DNA of 42,567 nt, taken from NCBI GenBank assembly GCA_040182905.1, contig JARQWU010000064.1, positions 1-42,567 of the forward strand, in the 5' to 3' direction. Positions 29,400 to 39,404 of the stretch are shown here, one piece after another; within the stretch, counting starts at the first letter, position 1; the number at the start of each line of letters is the position of its first letter. The stretch comes from Barthelona sp. PAP020 (Eukaryota). The notes beneath the pieces were generated by a model. The model was not told the origin of the DNA. It made no database searches and saw only the letters and a program-made list of their open reading frames with translations. The position numbers and the translations under genes were made by a program.

Positions 29400-29616
29400 G
29401 CTATAAAAAGACTATAAAAAGATTTGAAGAAAAAAAAAATTTAAAAAATAGCAAAATTTTTTTCAGATTTTTTCCAGATCCATTAGATTTCATCAAAGAA
29501 TATTTATAAAGATATAAATTATATTAATAGCTATTTTTTCAAAAAAGGATAAAAATAGTTCAACAAAATTTTCAAATTTCATCACAGAAAAAAACAACAA
29601 CAAAAAAGATTTTTTA

Positions 29617-30369
29617 TTAAATTTCACTTTCTTCATGAAGAATTTGACAGGCTTTATTCAATAATTGTTGAGCTTTTTTATCACATTGTAAAAATTGATT
29701 TTCAAAATAGCGAAAACCGTCATCCCTTATGTTTGAATTTATATCTTTGGGAATCAATTCAACATTCCAAGATTTTAATTTGGGCATTATTTTTTCAATA
29801 TTTTCCTTCCTGAAAGTTGCCAACATTTTTGTTTCTTTAATAATATTCAAATAGTCCTTTGTGGATATATCTTTCATAAAAATATGATCTAAAACAACTA
29901 ACTGAGAATAAATAGGCAAATTTTTCATCAAAATTTCATAGTTTTCTTCTAAGACTAACGGATTTTGTTGATCCAAAACATCAGCATCATCAAAATTTAT
30001 GGGTTTTAAATTTAAAATCCGTAGTTTTGAAAGATGATTTATGTTATTGAAATTAAGATTTGAAGGCAAATTATTGTGTTCTAAATGTAATTCTTTTAAG
30101 TTAAACAAATCGTCCAAACCATCTAAAGATGATAAATAATTTGAATTTACAATTAATACCTCCAATTTTGAAAGATTCCAAGAATTCAATTCTGAAAGTG
30201 ATCTTAATTTATTGTTTGATAAATTTAATCGTGTACAATTGGGTAAAAAATGAGAATTTAGTTTGTTAATATTCATACAACTCAAATCAAGACTAAAAAT
30301 CACTGTTGGATCTGTTTTTCCAGCACATGCATATATTAATTCATCAGTAACTTCCAATTGACTTGTCAT
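29617..30369 (-). CDS. SDS22-type leucine-rich repeat protein (LRRC61-like)
   Basis: LxxLxLxxN repeats (RLNLSNNKL, LEVLIVNSNYL, LKELHLEHNNL) and an LRR-cap-like NPL..Y...L.VLD. First ATG at 30369. Confidence 0.8.
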   Translation of the reverse strand: MTSQLEVTDELIYACAGKTDPTVIFSLDLSCMNINKLNSHFLPNCTRLNLSNNKLRSLSELNSWNLSKLEVLIVNSNYLSSLDGLDDLFNLKELHLEHNNLPSNLNFNNINHLSKLRILNLKPINFDDADVLDQQNPLVLEENYEILMKNLPIYSQLVVLDHIFMKDISTKDYLNIIKETKMLATFRKENIEKIMPKLKSWNVELIPKDINSNIRDDGFRYFENQFLQCDKKAQQLLNKACQILHEESEI

Positions 30370-30494
30370 TATTGGATCATTATTAATTTCAAACAAAAAA
30401 GGAATCTGAATGAAAATGATTTCTTTTCTCTCACCTTGTTAAACGAAAAAAAAAAAAAAAATGGTTATTTTTACACACATGAGATTGTTATTGT

Positions 30495-33146
30495 TTATCG
30501 AAGTTCAGCAGTTAGATCAACAGAATCAAATGTATTTGTATTTGTACTAAACCCAATAGTTGACAATTTTCTTGGGGACATAAGAAGATTTCTGGGTGAT
30601 CCAATGGATATTCTAGGAGATTTCACTGTTCTGGGAGAATCCAAACCTTTAGTTAAAAAATTTTTTGTTTCCTCTTTTTTTTTCTGACAATTTAAGTGAT
30701 ATTGCCAGATAGGATCTGTTAATGATGGATCAATTTCTTCAATAATCAATTTATGTTCGCCAATTCTGTGGGTTTTGTTTTGTTCTAAAAAATACCTTTT
30801 CGTAAAACGGCCATTGAACAACAAATAATACTCTGTTGGTGAATTAGCACCAGAAATATTTGAAGTTGTTGAAAAATCAAATGGATTCATGTAACAACCA
30901 ATTAATTTTGAAGTTAATTGAGCAAAATACTCTTTAACCGCTAAAACAGATGGAGGTTCAATTTTTTTGGGTTCTATTCTTTTCTTTTCAATTTTTTTTG
31001 GGGAATTAATGGTTCCAACAGAATTGGAAGAATTCAAAAAATCCTTTCTGGAAGTTTTTAACAGACTTCTGTTTGTAGTTGTTCTATCCATGTCAAGTTT
31101 TCTACCATTTGTCAACTTTGTAGAACTAAACAACATATTTGGGGAGAATGAATCATTTTTATTAAAATCTCCAGTTAAAAGAGGAGATGATGATGATTGT
31201 CTGACATAATCGCTGCGACTCAAAGTACGTTTGGGTGAAACAGGTTTTGATGCAATGGACTTAACAGGTGGAATACATTTAATTTTTAAAACCAATTCAG
31301 AAGAAATTTGAGGCTGTTTCATGATAAAAGTCTCCGCAATGTTTAAAAAGACAAATAAAGTTTCAAAAGAACCTAAAAATGCCTCATCACACCAGCACTT
31401 TAAAAACCTGTTAATATCTTGTGTTTTTCCCATTTTAAATCCTTGATGTAGCAACTCAAAAATATCACAAAGCATTGTATCACGTTGATCTTTGTAAAGA
31501 TAATTCCTCAAAACTTTTGTCAACTCAAAATCAACCAATTTATTTTGTATCACACGCTGATACGCCTGATTATCAATTTGTAAATTACAATTGTCAACAT
31601 ATATAACCAAGCTATCTTCTAATGCAATTAAATCACAACATAATGTTGAAATGGCTTTGATTACCATTGACAACCTTTGTTTTAAACTGAATAAATAATA
31701 ATCTCTTCTCACAATAAAATTCTTTTTCCATATTCCTTTTTTGAAAGATAATTCATTTAAAACACATCGTGGAATCAATGAATCAATGTAAATGTGTGAA
31801 TTAAAAGTAGTTTTCAATTCAAGCACCTCATGTAATATAGGTGCAACTCTAAGAGGATCAATACTCTCAAAATTGAAATTTTTTGAGATGTGTTCATCTG
31901 TTGAAAAACTTAACAATCCTTGAAGTTGGTCAACATATCTATTTGAAATGAAATTAAACAAAATTCGGTAACACTCATCAGATGGATAGTTTAATGCTAG
32001 TCTAAACATCTTATTCAAATATGAAGGAAACCACATGTGATTATCACTATTATTTAAACAAGGTTGAATAATTTCTTCATAAATTTGTCCACAAATATCT
32101 TCAAAAGTAGAAGATTCAACAGTATAAGGCAATACATTACCATCCAAACAATAATATGTGAACACTTTGAGATAATCATACAAATAATTACTGGAAACGC
32201 ATTGGGGTGTTGTGATGTACGTTGGAACACAACCAAATAGGGAATCGTACATATTTTGCAGAGATAAAAATTGGGTATGATTGAAATTTAATGTAGGTAA
32301 AATTCCAATTTCTAAACCAGTGATAATCCAAATAAAACCATCATTTTTTGTTCTAGCAAATAGTTGCCCAAAAAAAGAGGCTAACTGTTCTTTAGACTGA
32401 TTATCCAAACCAACCCACACCTTCTCAAAATCATCAATGGAGACGATGATGTTTGTTGAAGGATAATGTTGTCTAATATGTTTACAGAGGTTAATTAAAT
32501 CAGTCAATACATTGCTAAAAATATTTAACAAGCTTAAATCTGATGAATCAGACAGATGTTTATCCTTGGAAAACAAAGAAGTAAATGTGATTTGATGATT
32601 TAAAAAATCAATCATCTCGTTATCTTTCATAGAAATTTCATTTGAACAACAAGCCAAAAATTGATGTGCAAATTTCAATAAACATCTTAATAATTTGGCT
32701 TCATTATCACCAAAAGTAAATAATTCATAATCAAAATATGGATTAGAATCCAAAGAAAAATATAAACTCAGCGGTAATTCCCTTCGAAAATTCTGATAAA
32801 TAACAAAAGGTAAAATGTATTTGATGGTTGTTGTTTTCCCACAATATGGTCCTCCTTTAACAATAAATACATTTTGTTTTGAGTTCTTTTCATATGCAGC
32901 ATTAATTTGTTCCACAATATCATTATAACCAAAATAAAAGCTTTTCAAGTTTTTTTCTCCTTTGAATAACATCACATTTGAACAATCAGTTAAACTTAAT
33001 CCACTATCAACAGGATTCAAAAAATTAAAACTTGACAAAGGAGCTTGAAATGAATATTTGACCATATCAACCGCTTCCTGCCGTAAACTAACCAAATCAG
33101 AAATCAATCCTGGAATTGGGTCAACATTAGTTGTGGTGGATGTCAT
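30495..33146 (-). CDS. P-loop NTPase-domain protein (AAA+/STAND-like) with Ser/Pro-rich tail
   Basis: Walker A VFIVKGGPYCGKTT, Walker B IIVSIDDFE and a sensor-like strand FIWIITG. Confidence 0.7.
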   Translation of the reverse strand: MTSTTTNVDPIPGLISDLVSLRQEAVDMVKYSFQAPLSSFNFLNPVDSGLSLTDCSNVMLFKGEKNLKSFYFGYNDIVEQINAAYEKNSKQNVFIVKGGPYCGKTTTIKYILPFVIYQNFRRELPLSLYFSLDSNPYFDYELFTFGDNEAKLLRCLLKFAHQFLACCSNEISMKDNEMIDFLNHQITFTSLFSKDKHLSDSSDLSLLNIFSNVLTDLINLCKHIRQHYPSTNIIVSIDDFEKVWVGLDNQSKEQLASFFGQLFARTKNDGFIWIITGLEIGILPTLNFNHTQFLSLQNMYDSLFGCVPTYITTPQCVSSNYLYDYLKVFTYYCLDGNVLPYTVESSTFEDICGQIYEEIIQPCLNNSDNHMWFPSYLNKMFRLALNYPSDECYRILFNFISNRYVDQLQGLLSFSTDEHISKNFNFESIDPLRVAPILHEVLELKTTFNSHIYIDSLIPRCVLNELSFKKGIWKKNFIVRRDYYLFSLKQRLSMVIKAISTLCCDLIALEDSLVIYVDNCNLQIDNQAYQRVIQNKLVDFELTKVLRNYLYKDQRDTMLCDIFELLHQGFKMGKTQDINRFLKCWCDEAFLGSFETLFVFLNIAETFIMKQPQISSELVLKIKCIPPVKSIASKPVSPKRTLSRSDYVRQSSSSPLLTGDFNKNDSFSPNMLFSSTKLTNGRKLDMDRTTTNRSLLKTSRKDFLNSSNSVGTINSPKKIEKKRIEPKKIEPPSVLAVKEYFAQLTSKLIGCYMNPFDFSTTSNISGANSPTEYYLLFNGRFTKRYFLEQNKTHRIGEHKLIIEEIDPSLTDPIWQYHLNCQKKKEETKNFLTKGLDSPRTVKSPRISIGSPRNLLMSPRKLSTIGFSTNTNTFDSVDLTAELR

Positions 33147-33415
33147 TTTAAAATTCGAAAATAATAAATGATTTTTTGAGTTTCGAATGAAACCTCATTT
33201 TTTTCTTACACAAATTGAAATTTTACCACTATAAATTTGGAATTTTGGAAATTTAAAAAGTATAAAATAATCAATTAAATGGAAAAATTGAAATTGAAAT
33301 AAAAGATTTAAAAAATATTGAATTTACAATGAAAAATACTAAAAAAAGCATATTTTTGAATAATTACAATTATTTTGTTTGTAAAATATATAACACACAA
33401 GAAAAGCTTGATAAA

Positions 33416-33895
33416 TTACTCCAAAACTTCAGATTTGGGATTTTCCAAAATAATATTTTCTGCTTCTGCTTCTTGTTCTTCTTCTAAAATTGGAGCTTTT
33501 TTTGTCATTTTTAACTTAGCCTCCTCAAATTGTTTGTTTTGCTCTTCAATATCTTCTTCAGTGATAACAATGGTATCTTTCTTTCTTTTCTTTTCTTTGT
33601 CATTATTATGAGCGGAAATATACTCATTAAAAATAATTTGAACATCATTTTTCAAACTTTCTAAACCCAAATCAACAAGAGCATCAAAAATATCGTCTTC
33701 ATTCATTTTTTTTCTTTTCTTATCTTCTTCAAGTTTTTCACTGGCAATACCTGCCAATTCGATTAAAAATTCATTGGTTATTTGACCAATGAAATCACGA
33801 CCTTTTTCGGTGAAATTCTTTTGAAGACCTGAGTCTTTAATGGATTCTGTGCATAATGATTTCAATCGAGACTTGGACAAAAAATCGTTGCTCAT
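33416..33895 (-). CDS. DR1: Histone-fold protein, NC2beta/Dr1-like
   Basis: First real ATG at 33895 (MSNDFL). Histone fold (EFLIELA..ASE...KKMNEDDIFDALVDLG) plus a Dr1-type C-terminal helix ITEEDIEEQNKQFEEAK. Confidence 0.7.
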   Translation of the reverse strand: MSNDFLSKSRLKSLCTESIKDSGLQKNFTEKGRDFIGQITNEFLIELAGIASEKLEEDKKRKKMNEDDIFDALVDLGLESLKNDVQIIFNEYISAHNNDKEKKRKKDTIVITEEDIEEQNKQFEEAKLKMTKKAPILEEEQEAEAENIILENPKSEVLE

Positions 33896-33952
33896 TATTT
33901 TGAAAAAAAAAAAAAAAATCAAAAAGAACAGATTTTTTTTTTTGGTATTTTT

Positions 33953-36900
33953 ATGGGTTGGAAGGAAATATTTGAAGAAATTTTTTGTGAATGTGAAAAA
34001 GAAAATATCAATGATGAAAATTTGATTGAGATTTGCTGGGAAATTATTTTTTTTCAATCCATCTCCAATGAAAACAATATAATTATAAATAATGAAAACC
34101 TAAGTAAAAAATTAAAACTGAAGATAAGAAATGAATATGAAAAGAACCCTGCTTTGAAAAATAATGATTTAGAAAGGAAGTTCTTACACAAATTATCTTT
34201 TACAAATGAATTAAATATTGAGGAATATGATATGTATGAGTATTATTTTGCTTTTATCAATGATGTTATTGAAGTTTTTTTTGAGTATTTTTTTAATCAA
34301 ATTGAAGAGAACCTTAAGAACATAAATTATTATTTAATTGTTATTTTATGTTTAAACTATATGACATTAAATGGTCAAGATATCAGTTCATACATTTTTG
34401 AAAATGATGAGAGTAACATTTCGGTATTTTTTGCAAATTTTAATGATGTTTTGTTAAATTTGAATAATGAAAAATTTAACCGAAAAACTTTCAATCCCAT
34501 TGAAGCGTTTGTTTTCATTGATTTTTTGTGTGTATTGATACAAAATGGAATTGAACAATCACAGTTGTATTCAATAATTGGACCCTTAATTGCAAATGAA
34601 AACATAATAAGAGATTGCCGAAAATATTTTCCTTCAATCAAAATAGAAAAAAAAGATTGTAATGATGTGATGTTTTACATTTTTCAAAATGTAATCAGCA
34701 AAACATTTCCAAATAATGGTGAAATAGTTGAGCATAATTTTTTCTTTTTACTGTCGTTTTTACAATCTTGTGGTGATATTTGTTCTCAACCGTTGGGTGG
34801 ATTCTTAAGCTTAATGATATTAAATGAAGATTTTGGGATAAAGTTTTTGAATGAAAAGCCTTTGCCAATTTTAGGGTATTTATTAGATCTTGCAAATGAA
34901 TTGGAATATGAACAATCAAGTTCTTTGATTCATAATGTTGTCTTTTCAATTCATTCTTCAATTTCTTCTCATATAAAGAGACAATGTGAAGCTTTAAATT
35001 TACAATATCCAGATTGGATAGATGTACTTGCCAACGTTCATTCAAGTGACTTACCTGATGAAAAGTTCATTTTATCTAATACTGTACGTTTGGTTCCTTG
35101 TCCCAAGGTTTTAGTGAAATATACTTCAATTAGTGATTTAATCATTAGAAATGTATATTTATTCAAACTAGAAATGGCTTTTGGTGTTATTAATCATTTA
35201 AGAGATGTTGTTCAAGAAGAGACAAAAGTAAATGCTGAAGATAAGAAATTTCTCTTTGATTTGATTCCTGGAAATAATGATTTAAAATTCTATGGTAAAG
35301 TTGATGATGGAAAAATTGATATTGCGTATTTAATTAAAGCAACAAATGATGGGGAAATCCAATTGTTTAAAGGTCTTTGTTTGAAAGAATACAATATGCA
35401 AAATTCAATTATAGATGGCAAAACAGTTACCATTATTGATTTCGATATAGAAAAGGACATTGTTCATAAGGAAACTATTGATTCAAAAAATGAAATTTAT
35501 ACGCATATTCTGTTTCTTTCACCTTTATTTTTACCTACTTTTAAGCTTTATGAGTTTTTACAGAACAAATTATATGATTTAATTCAAAACACGTGGCCTG
35601 AATGGTTTAAACAATTGATTTTAGGAATGAAATCAAAGAAACAATGTCAATTAATAAGTTCTGCTATCCCTGGTATTCCACCAAATGTTATTCGTATTCG
35701 AGAAGTTACGCCTGATTCAATTTCTTTGTTCAAATTCTTCCAAGAATATTTACCCACGAGCAAATTAAGTTTTGAAGCAGGTAAAATTGATCAATATATA
35801 TCTTTTCAAACGCATAGAATAATGGGTGAAATGGTTGAAACTTCATTACAGTTTCCTGAAGCTAAAAATGCTCGCTATCTGTTATCAGAGGGTCAATTAT
35901 CGGCATTTTTGCATTCAATATTATGTTTTTTTACTTGTATCATTGGACCTCCTGGTTGTGGGAAAACTTTCACTGCAATTAGGATTTTGTTGCAATTTTT
36001 GTCGTTTGGATTGAATAACATGATCATTTGTGCCCATTCTAATCGTGCAGTTGATCAGATTATTGATGAGTTAATGAGTAATTTGAAAGAAGACAATCAG
36101 GTCATTTTTAGGTTAGGCAGTTCAACCACATCAATTTTATCGCATAAAGTTTCTTTTTTGGGAAAAATTGAAAGTTTTGTTGAGAAAATTAATGTAGAAA
36201 TTCTTCGAATCAATGATTTTTTTGCAAATTCTTCAGAATTTGATGAATTTGAGTGTGATAACCATTTAAATTCTGTAAATTGGTTAAATTTTATGCAACG
36301 AAAGTTTTTTGTGAACAATATTGAAAACAGAATTTCAAAGATCAAATCTGAATTTGAACAGGATCGTTTTGAATTTTGCGAAAGACATAACATTAAACAA
36401 GCGATTTTGAATGAAACATATGAATCTTTCGAAAATATTGACAACATTTTAAAACTTTTGAAACTTCCTAACAATAAATTGAGAAGTCATTTTTTGAGTA
36501 ATGCTAAATTCATTATTTGTACTATAAGTGGCGGTTTATTGAATTATTCTTTGCTTAATAAAATCATCCCTTCCGTTTTGTTCGTGGAAGAGGCTGGTAA
36601 GGTGTTAGAATCGGAGTTGCTTCCTTTGATTAGTTTAAAACCAAATAGAATTATTCTTATGGGTGATGATAGACAATTAGAACCTGTAATATTGTCTAAA
36701 ATTGTGGCAAAATCTTCCATGTCACAATCTTTGTTTCGTCGATTGCAAATTATTGGTGTTCCAGTTATAAAATTAAACAATCAAAGGAGATGTCATCAAG
36801 ATATTCAGAGCCTTTGGGAAGATGTTTACAAATTTTCAATTTCAAATGATCCAATCACAAATCGGGAATCAATCATATCTTCTGTGACGAAAAATTTGGA

Positions 36901-37519
36901 TAAAAGAGTAAAATGGAATAATGTTGAATATCGTGGTTCAAAAAAGAGAGAGACCAATGAGGCTGAAGCTTCTGCAATCAAAACATTTATTGAAAGTCAT
37001 ATTATTGATAAAATAAAAGAGAATCCTCAAACTATCGCAATTTTAACTCCTTACAAGAATCAAAAAGATTATCTTGAAAAAATAATTTTTAAAAGCCAAA
37101 AAATACAATCTATTCAGCATCTAAATTGTATCAATATTGCCACCACCGATGCTTTTCAAGGGTTAGAAGCAGATATTGTATTAATATCCATGGTTGCCAA
37201 GAATCCAACTTTGCATTTATGTAATACAAGGAGAATTACTGTATTATTATCAAGAGCAAGGAGAGATTTAATAATTTTTGGAAATTACACCACATTTTGC
37301 AGAAAACCAGTTTGGAAAGATATAGTCAGAAAAATGGTTATGCTCAATCAAGGTATTCACATTGAAAAAAAGAACAAAGATGTTAAAAGTGGAAATAATA
37401 TCCAAGCTGGGTCAAATAATGTAATTAAGAACTCGAAAAAAGATAAAAAGAAGCAAATAAGGTTTGATGCTGATCTGGATGAAGTTTTGGAGGTCATCAA
37501 TTCAATTGATGATTTATAA
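33953..37519 (+). CDS. AQR: Spliceosomal SF1 RNA helicase Aquarius (IBP160), divergent
   Basis: AQR-like DLIIRNVYLFKLEM and PEWFKQLILG. Upf1-like motifs IIGPPGCGKT, AHSNRAVD, VEEAG..LE.E, GDDRQLEPVI, QSLFRRL..IGVP, ILTPY..Q, DAFQGLEAD and VLLSRAR. Confidence 0.82.
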   Translation: MGWKEIFEEIFCECEKENINDENLIEICWEIIFFQSISNENNIIINNENLSKKLKLKIRNEYEKNPALKNNDLERKFLHKLSFTNELNIEEYDMYEYYFAFINDVIEVFFEYFFNQIEENLKNINYYLIVILCLNYMTLNGQDISSYIFENDESNISVFFANFNDVLLNLNNEKFNRKTFNPIEAFVFIDFLCVLIQNGIEQSQLYSIIGPLIANENIIRDCRKYFPSIKIEKKDCNDVMFYIFQNVISKTFPNNGEIVEHNFFFLLSFLQSCGDICSQPLGGFLSLMILNEDFGIKFLNEKPLPILGYLLDLANELEYEQSSSLIHNVVFSIHSSISSHIKRQCEALNLQYPDWIDVLANVHSSDLPDEKFILSNTVRLVPCPKVLVKYTSISDLIIRNVYLFKLEMAFGVINHLRDVVQEETKVNAEDKKFLFDLIPGNNDLKFYGKVDDGKIDIAYLIKATNDGEIQLFKGLCLKEYNMQNSIIDGKTVTIIDFDIEKDIVHKETIDSKNEIYTHILFLSPLFLPTFKLYEFLQNKLYDLIQNTWPEWFKQLILGMKSKKQCQLISSAIPGIPPNVIRIREVTPDSISLFKFFQEYLPTSKLSFEAGKIDQYISFQTHRIMGEMVETSLQFPEAKNARYLLSEGQLSAFLHSILCFFTCIIGPPGCGKTFTAIRILLQFLSFGLNNMIICAHSNRAVDQIIDELMSNLKEDNQVIFRLGSSTTSILSHKVSFLGKIESFVEKINVEILRINDFFANSSEFDEFECDNHLNSVNWLNFMQRKFFVNNIENRISKIKSEFEQDRFEFCERHNIKQAILNETYESFENIDNILKLLKLPNNKLRSHFLSNAKFIICTISGGLLNYSLLNKIIPSVLFVEEAGKVLESELLPLISLKPNRIILMGDDRQLEPVILSKIVAKSSMSQSLFRRLQIIGVPVIKLNNQRRCHQDIQSLWEDVYKFSISNDPITNRESIISSVTKNLDKRVKWNNVEYRGSKKRETNEAEASAIKTFIESHIIDKIKENPQTIAILTPYKNQKDYLEKIIFKSQKIQSIQHLNCINIATTDAFQGLEADIVLISMVAKNPTLHLCNTRRITVLLSRARRDLIIFGNYTTFCRKPVWKDIVRKMVMLNQGIHIEKKNKDVKSGNNIQAGSNNVIKNSKKDKKKQIRFDADLDEVLEVINSIDDL

Positions 37520-37736
37520 ATTTGTTTTCCTTTTTTCTTTTCCCAAAATATTTTTGAACTTTTGATTTATAGCCAGCCTATCATGCCGCTGACTAAACAT
37601 CACAAAAACCCTTATTCAAAGCAGAAGTGTAAATAATGGAGACTCTGTTTAATATTCATCTTTAGGCTTTGATTGTTGGAGATTTTCCTGCGGAGAATAG
37701 ATATATATGTGTATAAAAAGACAAATACAAAAGAAT

Positions 37737-39302
37737 TTACACTTGTGATAACCATGATTGGAAACTTTTCAATAAAATATTGGCATTTGCTCTCATTTCA
37801 TTGATAAATTTCCCCTCATTCATTTCATCATTTTTTTTTTTAAAAGTTTTGATGACCATTTGGAGAAAATTAAAAAAAAATTCCCCAAAATATTTCAAAA
37901 GATACTTGTTTGAAAAGCAAATATGCTGTGAAAGGGGATTGAAAAGAATATGAATTGCCTCGACAACAGATATTTCATTGGAAATATTTTGACAAACATG
38001 AATCAAAATTAAAAGACTAAACCTAATTTTGCATAAATCTAAGCATTTTTTCAAACATTTGCTAAAATTTTGATAAAAGTGATGTAGTTCAAGTGTTTTC
38101 AACTGATCAATCAAGTTACAATAGCACTTATACATCTCATAAATATTTTCAACAGAATATTTCAATTTATTCAAATCTCTTTCTATTTCTTCAATGTAAC
38201 CATTCAATTGGTCAGTGAACTGATATAAATAATCCCTTAAAATTAATAAAACCAACAAAAAAATAGATTTTGAAAAGAATTCATCTGTATTTTTGCATTC
38301 CTCATTTAATTTTTGAACAAATGAAATTTCGTTCATTTGTAACCTATATGGATTGTATTTTACAAAGTTTCTACCCCATAAAGTCTCTAAAATTCCTGTG
38401 AACCTCAATTGTTTCCAAAATAGTTCGTTGTATTGATAGACATCAATTTTTGAACTTCTAACCAAATTAGCTAAATGGGTTTCCAAAGTTAATCCAAATA
38501 TATCTCTGCACACAACCAATGAATTTTGAATGCCTTTAGCTGTTTGGTTGTCTTCTTTTGATATGGACGAGGATAATCCTCTCTCCAATATACGTGGAAA
38601 ATCAATTGGAGGTGAACTTAGGGGTTCATGAACATTTCTGGAAAACACTTTTTCAGAATCAATTTTTCTTGGAATTTCCATATTTGTCAATAGTATAGTG
38701 TTAATTTGATTCTTAATTTTTGTTTGGTCAACAATTTTAACTTTTTCACTTGTATATTGTTGTTTTTTCTCATTTTCAACATTTGGAGGCTTTTTTACAT
38801 GGGGTTCATTAAAACTAACGTCTATCTCATGACTCCCATCTAAATGAATCGTTGGATCTGATTTGTCTTCAATTTCAGTATCTTCTTCCTCATCACTTAC
38901 ACAAATATCTCCTTTTAAAATGGTTTTCAATTCATTTACACTACACAATAATGGATAATTATTGAAAACAATATCAATGAAAGTTTTGTTATCATTTTCT
39001 TGTTCAAAATCAATGTTTTTCTCATTATCTTCTTCTTCTTCTTCTTCTTCTTCTTCTTCTTCTTCTTCTTCTTCATCTTCTTCATTGTATTCTTCATCAT
39101 CAAAATCCCCTTTACATGTGTCTTCTTTTGCTTGAGGAATTTGATACTGTTCAGACAATTGATTTCTATTGAAAGGTTGAATTTCTTTGCATTCAACACC
39201 ATTGTTTTTCAATATTTCATGATTTGATATCAATAAAGATTGTATCCAATTAAAAAAATCTCCTCTTTCTGCATTGCTACGTTGAGACTTGATTTGAATC
39301 AT
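37737..39302 (-). CDS. Hypothetical protein with poly-Glu tract and helical C-terminal domain
   Basis: Long ORF with first ATG at 39302. No family recognised. Confidence 0.7.
   Translation of the reverse strand: MIQIKSQRSNAERGDFFNWIQSLLISNHEILKNNGVECKEIQPFNRNQLSEQYQIPQAKEDTCKGDFDDEEYNEEDEEEEEEEEEEEEEEEDNEKNIDFEQENDNKTFIDIVFNNYPLLCSVNELKTILKGDICVSDEEEDTEIEDKSDPTIHLDGSHEIDVSFNEPHVKKPPNVENEKKQQYTSEKVKIVDQTKIKNQINTILLTNMEIPRKIDSEKVFSRNVHEPLSSPPIDFPRILERGLSSSISKEDNQTAKGIQNSLVVCRDIFGLTLETHLANLVRSSKIDVYQYNELFWKQLRFTGILETLWGRNFVKYNPYRLQMNEISFVQKLNEECKNTDEFFSKSIFLLVLLILRDYLYQFTDQLNGYIEEIERDLNKLKYSVENIYEMYKCYCNLIDQLKTLELHHFYQNFSKCLKKCLDLCKIRFSLLILIHVCQNISNEISVVEAIHILFNPLSQHICFSNKYLLKYFGEFFFNFLQMVIKTFKKKNDEMNEGKFINEMRANANILLKSFQSWLSQV
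39030..39074 (-). repeat. (GAA)15 trinucleotide repeat encoding poly-Glu
   Basis: Uninterrupted TTC run on the + strand. Confidence 0.9.
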
Positions 39303-39404
39303 AAAAATAATTGGTATCAATTAATTTTTCACGTTAATTTGAAAACAATTGTTTGATTGATTTTATAACTTTTGAAAATAACCTCGATATTAATAATATT
39401 GGTA

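Noticed and set aside
33896..34057. Apparent head-to-head overlap of the 33416-34057 ORF with AQR
   Set aside because: The extension translates homopolymer promoter DNA (FFFFF, KKK). The histone-fold protein starts at ATG 33895.
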